Source: Gammaproteobacteria bacterium
GTDB taxonomy: Bacteria; Pseudomonadota; Gammaproteobacteria; UBA9214
DNA length: 42,853 bases
Direction of reading: 5' to 3'
Assembly: GCA_049688075.1 (NCBI GenBank)
Contig: JBAVKA010000034.1
Span: forward strand, 1 to 42,853
Shown: positions 27,910 through 37,154 of the stretch, piece by piece
Layout: every line of letters starts with the position of its first letter
How positions within the stretch are numbered: position 1 is the first letter of the stretch
Made by a program: the position numbers and the translations under genes
The notes under the pieces: generated by a model
The model's input: the letters and a program-made list of their open reading frames with translations, nothing else
Told to the model about the DNA's origin: nothing
Databases searched by the model: none

Positions 27910-27925
27910 CATGCGGCTGTGGAAT
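27910..27925 (+). repeat. 16-nt motif CATGCGGCTGTGGAAT, copy 2 (upstream of fleN-fliA)
   Basis: Exact match to 25338..25353. It lies about 250 nt upstream of the sigma-54 promoter at 28175. Confidence 0.6.
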
Positions 27926-28174
27926 CCATTTACCACCTCGCTTTAATCCAGAGCTACCGGCCTTGTCCCCGGATACGGTATGGCGTATCGATCATATGGC
28001 GAATCGCGCCCTATGTGATGGTTTTCATGGCGCAATGCACTGTAAATCCGGTAGGTAAGTCAAAAATGTGACACATGTCGCGGTTTTCAGGCCGAGATCC
28101 CGTTATTTAATATTTATTTATTAAACAATGATATATGCCTTTATCTGTCGCCTCTCATCGGTAATTTCAAGAGT

Positions 28175-28190
28175 TGGTATGCTTGTTGCA
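28175..28190 (+). promoter_or_regulatory. sigma-54 promoter upstream of fleN-fliA
   Basis: TGGTATGCTTGTTGCA has correctly spaced -24 GG and -12 GC elements and matches TGGCAC-N5-TTGCA at 14 of 16 positions. It lies about 53 nt upstream of ATG 28243, with an AT-rich tract (28100-28140) upstream. Confidence 0.7.
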
Positions 28191-28242
28191 ATATGACACA
28201 GCAAGAGGATTTCAAATTCTGTGCTGACAAGGGGTGAATTTC

Positions 28243-29130
28243 ATGCTGGTTTCAGACGTCAAGCTCGGATTGCGGCGCAGTCCGCAGACAGCAAGCGGTC
28301 ACGGACCGGTCAGGACCGTCGCCGTCGCAGGCGGGAAAGGTGGCGTCGGGAAAACCAGCATCGCCGTCAATCTCGCTCTCGGGCTGGCAAGGGATGGCGG
28401 TCGTGTCATGCTGCTCGATGCCGACCTTGGCATGGCGAATGTGGATGATCTGCTGGGTTTGTATGCCAGATCCAGTCTGCTGAATGTCCTGCGTGGTGAA
28501 CTGCAAATTGAAGACATCATTATCAATGGGCCGGGAGATCTCATGATCGTGCCGGCTGCTTGCGGCATCAGGCAATTGACCGAACTGGGAACAGCCGAAT
28601 GTGCCGGTATAGTCCGCGTATTCAGCGAACTTAAACACCGCATCGATACCCTGGTCATCGATACATCAACCGGTATATCGGAATGCGTCGCGAGTTTCTG
28701 CGCCGCATCCAGCGAGGTTCTTGTCGTCATAGACAACGAACCGGCCTCGCTGAGGTGTGCTATCGGCCTTATCAACCGGTTGCAGACAGGATATGGTGTT
28801 GCCCGCTTTCATGTCGTTGCAAACAGGGTTCAGTCCGCCAGGGAAGGCGATGAGATATTTGCCAGGCTGCTCAATCTGCTTGTCGATCAGCATGATGTGC
28901 TTGTTTCCTATGCCGGATTTGTTCCCGGTGACGATTCGCTGCGTCGGGCGGTCTTGCAACATCAGGCGGTTATCGATGCCTTTCCCCGCAGCCGTTCCGC
29001 CATGGCGCTGAGAAATCTGGCCAGGCGGGTAGGTGGCTGGCCGCGTCAGAATTTTCCGCGTGGTCATCTTGAATTTTTCATAGAACGCTTGCTTCACCAA
29101 AACAACGTCGATATGGAGGTAACGTCATGA
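28243..29130 (+). CDS. fleN: MinD/ParA-family ATPase FleN/FlhG (flagellar number regulator, FleQ antagonist)
   Basis: Has the deviant Walker A GGKGGVGKT and LLDADLGMANVD. It sits immediately upstream of fliA and overlaps it. ATG 28243 is preceded by AAGGGG; the track start is GTG 28234. Confidence 0.9.
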   Translation: MLVSDVKLGLRRSPQTASGHGPVRTVAVAGGKGGVGKTSIAVNLALGLARDGGRVMLLDADLGMANVDDLLGLYARSSLLNVLRGELQIEDIIINGPGDLMIVPAACGIRQLTELGTAECAGIVRVFSELKHRIDTLVIDTSTGISECVASFCAASSEVLVVIDNEPASLRCAIGLINRLQTGYGVARFHVVANRVQSAREGDEIFARLLNLLVDQHDVLVSYAGFVPGDDSLRRAVLQHQAVIDAFPRSRSAMALRNLARRVGGWPRQNFPRGHLEFFIERLLHQNNVDMEVTS

Positions 29131-29855
29131 AAGGTAATACGCTCACCGTTGAAATGAAATTGCAACGCACGAACGATCTGGTCACGCTGCACGAACCGCT
29201 GGTCAAACGCATTGCCTTTCACCTGCTCAGCCGGCTACCCCCGAGTGTGCAGGCGGATGATCTGATACAGGCCGGCATGATCGGCCTGATCGAGGCATCC
29301 AGAAACTTTGATCCGGAACAGGGGGCCAGTTTCGAGACTTATGCGGGCATCAGGATACGCGGGGCCATGCTTGATGAAATCCGCAGAACCGACTGGACGC
29401 CCCGGTCTGTGCATCGCAAGGCCCGCGAGGTCGCCGAAGCGGTTCGCAGGATTGAAAATGAGAAGGGCCGCGATGCACGCGATGTTGAAGTGGCGCAGGC
29501 GATGGGGATCGGTCTGGACGAATACCACAAGATTCTCCAGGATGCGACCGGCTGCCGAATCTTCAGCTTCGAGGACCCCGGCACCCTGGGCGAGGAGGGG
29601 TTTGTGGCGCCCGATCGCCAGACGAACCAGCCGTTTGAGAACCTGCAGAACGATGATTTCAAGCAGGGGTTGGCCAGGGCGATCAAGGGTTTGCCGGAAC
29701 GCGAGCGTCTGGTTATGGCTCTCTATTATGATGAAGAACTCAACCTGCGTGAAATTGGCGAGATACTGGGTGTGAGTGAATCACGGGTGTGCCAGATCCA
29801 TGGCCAGGCGCTGATTCGCCTGCGCGCTCGCATGGAAGAATGGCTGAAGGATTGA
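29127..29855 (+). CDS. fliA: RNA polymerase sigma-28 factor FliA
   Basis: Region 2 reads DDLIQAGMIGLIEASRNFDPEQGASFETYAGIRIRGAMLDEIR. Regions 3 and 4 read LPERERLVMALYYDEELNLREIGEILGVSESRVCQIH. It overlaps the fleN stop by 4 nt. Confidence 0.93.
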   Translation: MKGNTLTVEMKLQRTNDLVTLHEPLVKRIAFHLLSRLPPSVQADDLIQAGMIGLIEASRNFDPEQGASFETYAGIRIRGAMLDEIRRTDWTPRSVHRKAREVAEAVRRIENEKGRDARDVEVAQAMGIGLDEYHKILQDATGCRIFSFEDPGTLGEEGFVAPDRQTNQPFENLQNDDFKQGLARAIKGLPERERLVMALYYDEELNLREIGEILGVSESRVCQIHGQALIRLRARMEEWLKD

Positions 29856-29888
29856 ACTGGAAGACTGCGGAGCAGGCAGTCGACTCTC

Positions 29889-30386
29889 ATGACGATTTCG
29901 GATAATGACAGCCAGTGGTATGCACGCCGCAATGGAACCGTACGCGGTCCATTCACGGATGAGCACATAGCACGATACATTCTGCTCGGGCGCATACGGC
30001 TGAAAGATGAACTGAGCCCGGATCGCGTCAGGTGGCAACCGGCGAGGGATTACCCGGAGCTGTTTCCGAAGGAACTCCTGCAGCTTTCCAGCTGGGAGGA
30101 TTACCAGAGGCTGGTGGTGGCGCGTATGAAAGTTGATGAACGCACCGGCCAGCGACGGCAGACGCGGGAGAAAAACCCGCAGCCTGTCCGGGAAGAGAGA
30201 CGAAAACAACCCGACAGGCGTCAAAATGACAGTGATGCCGAATTCTTCAAATATCATCTCATGGACGATATGTCACTTAACCCGCACGGCCCGAACAGCC
30301 GGCAAGGCCAGTCGTTACGGACGTTCCTGCTGGCGACGTTGCTGTTGACGCTTGTTTTCGCCTATTTCAGCATCTCCACCCGTTAA
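29889..30386 (+). CDS. GYF_2-domain protein with an Arg-rich linker and a C-terminal TM helix
   Basis: The N-terminal QWYARRNGTVRGPFTDEHI...VRWQPARDYPELF fits the GYF_2 (DUF4339) pattern. The linker reads DERTGQRRQTREKNPQPVREERRKQPDRRQ. The C-terminal LRTFLLATLLLTLVFAYFSI is a TM segment. It starts 33 nt after fliA and is probably co-transcribed with it. Confidence 0.8.
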   Translation: MTISDNDSQWYARRNGTVRGPFTDEHIARYILLGRIRLKDELSPDRVRWQPARDYPELFPKELLQLSSWEDYQRLVVARMKVDERTGQRRQTREKNPQPVREERRKQPDRRQNDSDAEFFKYHLMDDMSLNPHGPNSRQGQSLRTFLLATLLLTLVFAYFSISTR

Positions 30387-31006
30387 TCCCGGTTATTTGT
30401 CCGTATCGCGGGAACGCTCGTCCCAAAAGATTCCGTGGTATAGCGCCATACCCTGATCGATGCCGACCAGTAGTCGGTGGCGAGACCTGCCTTGAGTTTG
30501 AGATGACCCAGGAAGTGTGCCGGGTCCGGCAACGATTCCCACACGGAGGGCAGAAACGTGCTCCTGAAGTCATGTTCCTGCAGTATCAGTCCATCGACAC
30601 CCGGTCTGACTATTCCAAGCAGGGACGACTCGGAGTCGAAATCAAGCATCTCCGGTCTGCTTAATACGGAAATATCAAGAGATAGTATGTCAATCTCATT
30701 GGCCTGCAACGGCTGGAAGCGTGTGTCCCTGAAGGCGGCGGCATAGGCATTGAAACTGACGTCCTCGGCCAGGCTCGTTCGGGGCTCAAGCGAGCCGATG
30801 CAGCCGCGCAGTTTTTCGTCTGCATGCAGCGTGACGAAGCTTGCCCGTCTGGCTGACAGTCTGGCAGGAACGCCGTCGTTGCTGATGGCGGCTGGTTGAC
30901 TGGCTTCCAGTCCTGAACGGATGGATTGATAGGCGATGCGCAGGAGTATTTCCCGCTCGCCTGCCGTGAACTCCCGTCGGTCATCAGTTGAAGACATAGG
31001 CGCCAT
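30383..31006 (-). CDS. AMMECR1-domain protein (AmmeMemoRadiSam system protein A type)
   Basis: Has the LRGCIGS motif and the AMMECR1 layout. It overlaps the upstream MEMO gene. Confidence 0.9.
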   Translation of the reverse strand: MAPMSSTDDRREFTAGEREILLRIAYQSIRSGLEASQPAAISNDGVPARLSARRASFVTLHADEKLRGCIGSLEPRTSLAEDVSFNAYAAAFRDTRFQPLQANEIDILSLDISVLSRPEMLDFDSESSLLGIVRPGVDGLILQEHDFRSTFLPSVWESLPDPAHFLGHLKLKAGLATDYWSASIRVWRYTTESFGTSVPAIRTNNRD

Positions 31007-31769
31007 AGCCTACGACCTGGTCACGCGGACCGGCGGTGTCTCCCGAGTTGCGAAGGTCAATGGTCTCGGCCGTCAGGGCATGGCGTCGCGCATAGAGCAG
31101 CAGGCCGCTGACAGGGTTACGGCCGCAGGCCTGCCCGAACCCGATCCCGGCATGATCAAGCGCCTCGATATGGCGTGATGTGTCCTTATCCATGCGTGTG
31201 GCGGTTGCGTAATCGTGATAATGACTCAGGTCGGAGCTGATGACGAGCAGGGTGCCGGGGACCTGTGCTTCCAGTTCCAGCACCTCGCAAACATCTTCGG
31301 CGGTGGCATCCCCCACAACCAGCGGTATCAGAGAGAAGTTTCCGAGTGTGACCTGAAGAAACGGCAGGTGCACCTCCAGGCTGTGTTCGAGGCGTTGCGC
31401 CTCGTCCAGGATGCGCACCTGGGGTAATTCGGAAAGCCGGCTGATAGCCGCCTGATCGACGGGCACCTCCCCGAGTGGCGTGGCAAAGGCGGTGGCGCCG
31501 GTTGCCGCCAGACCGGAAATCGCTACGCGGTGGGCCGGACCGAGCAGCACGACGCGCGTATAGGCGCCGGGTGAATTCAGCAGGCGCGCATAGCCCGATG
31601 CGGCAATCTGGCCTGAATAGATATAGCCGGCATGCGGCACGATCATGGCTCTGGGCGCCGGCTGGTCGGTGCGGGCATGCTCGAGGAAATCTCCCAGCAT
31701 GGCGCGCAACCGGTCAGGGTTGGAGGGGTAGAAGGACCCTGCAACGGCGGGTTTACGTGTTATGCCCAT
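30984..31769 (-). CDS. MEMO1-family protein (AmmeMemoRadiSam system protein B type)
   Basis: From ATG 31769: MGITRKPAVAGSFYPSNPDRL...MIVPHAGYIYSG...SSDLSHYH, which are MEMO-family hallmarks. Confidence 0.9.
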   Translation of the reverse strand: MGITRKPAVAGSFYPSNPDRLRAMLGDFLEHARTDQPAPRAMIVPHAGYIYSGQIAASGYARLLNSPGAYTRVVLLGPAHRVAISGLAATGATAFATPLGEVPVDQAAISRLSELPQVRILDEAQRLEHSLEVHLPFLQVTLGNFSLIPLVVGDATAEDVCEVLELEAQVPGTLLVISSDLSHYHDYATATRMDKDTSRHIEALDHAGIGFGQACGRNPVSGLLLYARRHALTAETIDLRNSGDTAGPRDQVVGYGAYVFN

Positions 31770-31839
31770 GGGTAAATAGTCTAGCCTGAATGGCCGCCTT
31801 CGCCAGCAACCCGGCATTTCCCGTCCGGGTCAGGGTGGT

Positions 31840-34044
31840 TCAGGGCGTCTTTCCGTGCTGCAGGACGACGCCTGCCAGCGGGGGGAGGGTCAGCGCGATG
31901 GAATAGGGTTGACCATCCCAGGGCACGGATTCCGCCTCTACCAGGCCGCGGTTGCCCAGGTCAGAGCCACCGTAATAACCCGAATCGGAATTGAACCGTT
32001 CACGGTATTCGCCTGAGGCAGGTACCCCGATACGGTAGTGATGGCGCGGCACGGGGGTGAAATTGAGAGCAACGACGATAAAATCCTCGCCATCCCGGCG
32101 GATGTAACTCAGCGTGGATTGTTCTGCCGCATTGCAGTCGATCCAGTCAAACCCTTCCGAGTCAAAGTCGAAGCGGTGCATCGCGGGAATTTCCCGATAG
32201 AGCCGGTTCAGGTCACTGACCAGTTTCTGTACACCACGGTGATATTCGTAATCCAGCAGGTCCCACTCAATGCTGGTATCAAAATTCCACTCGCGGTCCT
32301 GGGCGATCTCGTTCCCCATGAACAGCAGTTTCTTCCCCGGGGATGTGTACATGTAGGTGTAGAGCAGGCGCAGGTTGGCGAATTGCTGCCAGTCGTCGCC
32401 CGACTGCTTGTAGAGCATCGACTGTTTGCCATGCACCACTTCGTCGTGCGAGAAGGGCAGAACGAAATTCTCCGTAAACGCGTACAGGAGGCCGAAGGTC
32501 AGGTCATTGTGGTGATATTTCCGGTGTACCGGATCATGCTGCATGTAGTTCAGCGAATCATGCATCCAGCCCAGGTTCCACTTCATACTGAAACCCAGTC
32601 CTCCCAGGTTTACCGGCCGGCTGACGCCCGGCCAGGCGGTTGATTCCTCGGCGATGATGACCGTGCCTGGATAGGCGCTGTGGGTGACCGTGTTCAGTTC
32701 GCGCAGGAAACTGACAGCCTCGAGATTCTCCCGCCCGCCGTAGATGTTCGGCAACCACTGATCGTTATCCCGCGAATAGTCGTGATACAGCATGGAGGCA
32801 ACCGCATCGACACGCAGGCCGTCGAGATGAAATTCCTCCATCCAGTAGATGGCGCTTGACAGCAGGAAGTTGCTGACCTCGTTTCGACCATAGTTGTAGA
32901 TCAGCGTGCCCCAGTCGGCATGCTCTCCGCGGCGCGGATCCTGGTGCTCGTACAGGGCCGTGCCGTCGAACCGGGCGAGTCCAAAGCTGTCCCTGGGGAA
33001 GTGAGCCGGGACCCAGTCCAGCAGGACGCCGATGCCGTTGCGGTGGCAGAGGTCAACGAAGTAGCGGAAATCGTCCGGGCTGCCGAATCGGCTGGTTGGG
33101 GCGAAATACCCCGTCGTCTGGTAGCCCCAGGAGGCATCGAGGGGATGTTCAGTGATGGGTAACAGCTCGATATGGGTAAACCCGGTTTGCCTGATATAGT
33201 CGACCAGATCCCGTGCCAGGGCCCGGTAATTCAGGAAACGACCGTGCTCATCGCGCCTCCAGGAGCCCAGATGAACTTCGTAGATGCAGACTGGATTGTG
33301 CCGCCAGTCACTCCTGCCTCTGCTTTCCAGCCATGGCCCATCATTCCATTCAAAGGCGAACTCTCTGGGTATAAGCGAGGCGGTATCAGGACGCAGTTCA
33401 AAGTGCTGCCCATAGGGATCTGTTTTTAATAGGAGTTTCCCGTCATCCCGACTGCGAATTTCGTACTTGTAAGGTTGGCCGCTGTCCAGACCGGGGATGA
33501 ACAGTTCCCATATTCCGCTGCTGCCGCGTGCTCGCATGGGATGAGTGCGCCCGTCCCAGCCATTGAAATCACCAACGACGCTGACGCGTTCCGCTGAAGG
33601 GGCCCAGACGGCGAACAGTACGCCATCGATGCCGTCATTCTGTTTGTGGTGGGCTCCCAGAATACGGTAAATGTGCCAGTGTTTGCCTTCTCCAAACAGG
33701 TGTATATCGAAGTCCGATAGCTGCGGCGGGAAACAGTAGGGATCATAGACGACATGCTCCACCCCGTAGCCGTCCTGCCATATGAGCCGGTAACGTTCCG
33801 GCAGGCTGCCAGCCTGTCCATGCCACTCGAACAGGGCTGTATTGTCGATGCGACTCAGGGATACCCCGGTCTCCACGATGCGCACCCAGGCCGCGCGTGG
33901 CATGATGACGCGGATCGTTTCCCGGCTTTTGGATACATGGCGCCCCAACAAGCTGAACGGATCAGGGTGTCGTGCATCCAGCAGACGTTGAATCTCTTTG
34001 GAAACGCCGGGATGAGGCTTTATGTCCGGATTTTGTTGCTGCAT
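31840..34044 (-). CDS. glgB: 1,4-alpha-glucan branching enzyme
   Basis: 734 aa with the GH13 catalytic regions [23 protein letters not shown] and SHDEV, plus a CBM48-like N-terminal region. Confidence 0.96.
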   Translation of the reverse strand: MQQQNPDIKPHPGVSKEIQRLLDARHPDPFSLLGRHVSKSRETIRVIMPRAAWVRIVETGVSLSRIDNTALFEWHGQAGSLPERYRLIWQDGYGVEHVVYDPYCFPPQLSDFDIHLFGEGKHWHIYRILGAHHKQNDGIDGVLFAVWAPSAERVSVVGDFNGWDGRTHPMRARGSSGIWELFIPGLDSGQPYKYEIRSRDDGKLLLKTDPYGQHFELRPDTASLIPREFAFEWNDGPWLESRGRSDWRHNPVCIYEVHLGSWRRDEHGRFLNYRALARDLVDYIRQTGFTHIELLPITEHPLDASWGYQTTGYFAPTSRFGSPDDFRYFVDLCHRNGIGVLLDWVPAHFPRDSFGLARFDGTALYEHQDPRRGEHADWGTLIYNYGRNEVSNFLLSSAIYWMEEFHLDGLRVDAVASMLYHDYSRDNDQWLPNIYGGRENLEAVSFLRELNTVTHSAYPGTVIIAEESTAWPGVSRPVNLGGLGFSMKWNLGWMHDSLNYMQHDPVHRKYHHNDLTFGLLYAFTENFVLPFSHDEVVHGKQSMLYKQSGDDWQQFANLRLLYTYMYTSPGKKLLFMGNEIAQDREWNFDTSIEWDLLDYEYHRGVQKLVSDLNRLYREIPAMHRFDFDSEGFDWIDCNAAEQSTLSYIRRDGEDFIVVALNFTPVPRHHYRIGVPASGEYRERFNSDSGYYGGSDLGNRGLVEAESVPWDGQPYSIALTLPPLAGVVLQHGKTP

Positions 34045-34225
34045 CGGGTGGCGGTATATGGTTACGGCTGAGGATGGGCCACGTATCCAGAATTAATGCT
34101 CGTGAAGAGTGCCGCGCAACTATACAGGCAATGTGGTTACCCATACAATATCGCCGTTTATTGGATCATTAATCCCGTAAAGGCTCATTCTTGAAATCAC
34201 CGATCAGACAGATAATGTACCGCCC

Positions 34226-35488
34226 ATGAATCAGACTCACCGATTTGTCAGCCGTTTGACGCGTAACACACTGGCGCTGGTGCTGGCCGGGGGGCGTGGT
34301 TCCCGCCTGCAGCAGATGACCATGTGGCGCGCCAAACCAGCGGTTCCTTTCGGTGGTAAATTCCGCATCATCGATTTCCCGCTTTCCAACTGTATGAATT
34401 CAGGGATACGCATGATTGGCGTGATCACCCAGTACAAGGCGCATTCCCTCATCCAGCATATTCAGCAGGGATGGGGCTTTCTGCGCGGTGAATTCGGTGA
34501 GTTCATCGAGCTGCTGCCCGCACAGCAGCGCATCGAGCCGTCCTGGTACGCCGGCACGGCGGATGCCGTGTACCAGAACCTGGATATCATCCGAACTCAC
34601 AAGCCGGAATACGTCCTGGTCCTGGCAGGCGACCACGTCTACAAGATGGATTACGGTCCCATGATCGCTCACCATGTCGAGCGCGGGGCGGACATGACCG
34701 TTGGTTGCATCGAGGTCCAGCTCGAACAGGCCAGGGCCTTTGGCGTTATGTCTGTACAGGAAGACGGACGGGTATTTGATTTCAGCGAAAAACCGTCAAC
34801 CGCGCAACCGATGCCGGGATCGGCCGATTTGGCACTGGCATCCATGGGAATCTACGTGTTCAATACGAATTTCCTTTACGAACAGCTGATAAAGGATGCG
34901 GACGAGGCTCATTCCACGCACGACTTCGGGCACGATATCATTCCCAACATGATAAAGAAGTACCGTGTTTTCAGTTATCCGTTCAGGGAATCACAGAGCG
35001 GGCAGACCGCCTACTGGAGGGACGTCGGTACGATTGATGCTTTTTGGGAAGCCAATCTTGAGTTGATCGGTGTTCTGCCGGAACTCAATCTCTACGACGA
35101 GGAGTGGCCAATATGGACCTATCAGGAGCAGTTACCGCCGGCTAAATTCGTTTTCGATGACGATGACCGGCGCGGCATGGCGGTGGACTCCATGGTGTCC
35201 GGTGGTTGCCTGATCTCTGGCGCCACGGTACGCCACTCGTTGCTTTTCTCCAATGTCAGGGTCAAGTCCTATACCGTGCTCGATGATGTCGTTGTACTTC
35301 CCAATGTCCGTATTGGACGCAATTGCCGCATCAGTCGTGCTGTTATCGACAAGGGTTGCGAGATCCCGGACGGCATGGTGATCGGCGAAAATCACGAGGA
35401 GGACAAGGCGCGGTTTCATATCAGCCCCGGAGGCGTGGTGCTGGTAACGCCGGAAATGCTCGGCCAGGAGTTCCACTTTGTGCGCTGA
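34226..35488 (+). CDS. glgC: glucose-1-phosphate adenylyltransferase
   Basis: [21 protein letters not shown] and WYAGTADAV, plus a C-terminal left-handed beta-helix region. Confidence 0.96.
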   Translation: MNQTHRFVSRLTRNTLALVLAGGRGSRLQQMTMWRAKPAVPFGGKFRIIDFPLSNCMNSGIRMIGVITQYKAHSLIQHIQQGWGFLRGEFGEFIELLPAQQRIEPSWYAGTADAVYQNLDIIRTHKPEYVLVLAGDHVYKMDYGPMIAHHVERGADMTVGCIEVQLEQARAFGVMSVQEDGRVFDFSEKPSTAQPMPGSADLALASMGIYVFNTNFLYEQLIKDADEAHSTHDFGHDIIPNMIKKYRVFSYPFRESQSGQTAYWRDVGTIDAFWEANLELIGVLPELNLYDEEWPIWTYQEQLPPAKFVFDDDDRRGMAVDSMVSGGCLISGATVRHSLLFSNVRVKSYTVLDDVVVLPNVRIGRNCRISRAVIDKGCEIPDGMVIGENHEEDKARFHISPGGVVLVTPEMLGQEFHFVR

Positions 35489-35677
35489 ACGGCGCCAGGC
35501 TGTGGTTTCCGTCCGACACGGCGCCCGCTGCTGTCTCGTATGCCGGCTGGCATGGTACATAGCGCCATGTGCCGGCTGATCCAGTGTATTCCGCCAGGCA
35601 TGCCGGCTCGTTAGCGGTGGGCGGTACGCCCGATACCCGGCAATTTCCGCCTGCCTGAACAGACCCGATCGCCTCCC

Positions 35678-37129
35678 TTGGACAAGACATTAAAAGAGCG
35701 CCGCGCCGGGTTGCTTTTGCACCCCACGTCATTGCCCGACAGCCAGTCCGGCGGCTGTTTGGGGCACAAGTCCCGGCGTTTTGTCGATTTTCTCAGGCAG
35801 TGCGGGTTTAGTGTATGGCAGACCCTGCCGCTGGGTCCGATTCACAACGACGGTTCACCCTACCAATGCATGTCCGTGCACGCTGGCAATGCGGACCTGA
35901 TCTGTACCGATGATCTGGTCGCGCGTGGCTGGCTGGAACAGGACCAGAGGCTTGCGGATACCGCCCTCGAGCAGGCCAGGACGGGTTTTGAATACCGCGC
36001 GCATGAAGGGGACCGCGCGGCATACGCCGATTTCAGGCAACAGCATGCCACCTGGCTGGATGATTACGCCCTGTTCCGGGCTATCAGGCATGCACAGGGG
36101 GAGACCTCCTGGCTGGAATGGCCCGAACCGCTGCGTGATCGGGATGCTGCTGTACTGCAGACATTCCGTGACGAACATGCCGGGGACTGTGAGCAGGTAT
36201 GTTTCGAGCAGTTCGCGTTTTTCACCCAGTGGGCTGCCTTGCGTGGCTATGCGCATCAAAATGGAATCGCGCTGTTCGGCGATATCCCGATTTTTGTCGC
36301 GCACGACAGTGCCGATATCTGGTCCCACCGCGACCTGTTTTCCCTGGATGAGACAGGCCGGCCGGAAGTCGTAGCCGGTGTGCCGCCCGATTATTTCTCG
36401 GCGACGGGACAGCGATGGGGGAACCCGCTGTATCGCTGGGACCGGATCATGGAAGATGACTTTCGCTGGTGGCTGGACCGGCTCCGCTCGCAGCTGGAGT
36501 TGTTCGATATCCTCCGGCTGGATCATTTTCGTGGTTTTGAAAAGTACTGGGAGATTCCCGCGTCGGCCGACACGGCCATTCATGGCCGCTGGGTGGCGGC
36601 GCCAGGTGAAGCCTTGTTAGCGCGGCTGCAGGAGACCTGCGGGCAACTCCCGCTGGTCGCGGAGGATCTTGGCACCATAACCCCCGAGGTCGAAGCGCTG
36701 CGTGACCGGTTTGATCTGCCCGGAATGAAAATACTCCAGTTTGCCTTCGGTGGCGGGGCGGATAATCCCTACCTGCCGCATAATCACGTGCCCCGGTCGG
36801 TTGTCTACACCGGCACGCACGACAATGACACCACGCTGGGCTGGTACCAGCGATGTGACGAAGTGCAACGCCGTGCGGTCAATGATTACCTGGGCAATCC
36901 TCCGGAGCAAATACCATGGCCGCTGATCCGCGCTGCGCTCGCCTCGGTTGCCAGACTGGCGATTCTGCCGATGCAGGATATCCTGGAACTGGGCAGTGAG
37001 CATCGCATGAACATGCCCGGGACGACCGTGAATAACTGGACCTGGCAGTTTGACTGGGAGCAGGTGCCGGCCGACCTCGCCGGGCGCCTGCGCCAGCTGA
37101 TACAGCTTTACGGACGCGGCCGAAACTGA
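35678..37129 (+). CDS. malQ: 4-alpha-glucanotransferase (amylomaltase)
   Basis: RRAGLLLHPTSLP, GDIPIFV, LRLDHFRGF, VAEDLG and YTGTHDNDT are GH77 motifs. TTG start in the track. Confidence 0.92.
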   Translation: MDKTLKERRAGLLLHPTSLPDSQSGGCLGHKSRRFVDFLRQCGFSVWQTLPLGPIHNDGSPYQCMSVHAGNADLICTDDLVARGWLEQDQRLADTALEQARTGFEYRAHEGDRAAYADFRQQHATWLDDYALFRAIRHAQGETSWLEWPEPLRDRDAAVLQTFRDEHAGDCEQVCFEQFAFFTQWAALRGYAHQNGIALFGDIPIFVAHDSADIWSHRDLFSLDETGRPEVVAGVPPDYFSATGQRWGNPLYRWDRIMEDDFRWWLDRLRSQLELFDILRLDHFRGFEKYWEIPASADTAIHGRWVAAPGEALLARLQETCGQLPLVAEDLGTITPEVEALRDRFDLPGMKILQFAFGGGADNPYLPHNHVPRSVVYTGTHDNDTTLGWYQRCDEVQRRAVNDYLGNPPEQIPWPLIRAALASVARLAILPMQDILELGSEHRMNMPGTTVNNWTWQFDWEQVPADLAGRLRQLIQLYGRGRN

Positions 37130-37154
37130 GACAGGCCGCGCCCACTGCCGGCAA

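Noticed and set aside
27856-28071. 71-aa and 60-aa ORFs between the EAL gene and fleN, considered as a possible flhF remnant.
   Set aside because: There are no GTPase (SRP-type) motifs and no RBS. The 16-nt motif lies within this stretch and the sigma-54 promoter lies just downstream of it, so it fits regulatory DNA better.
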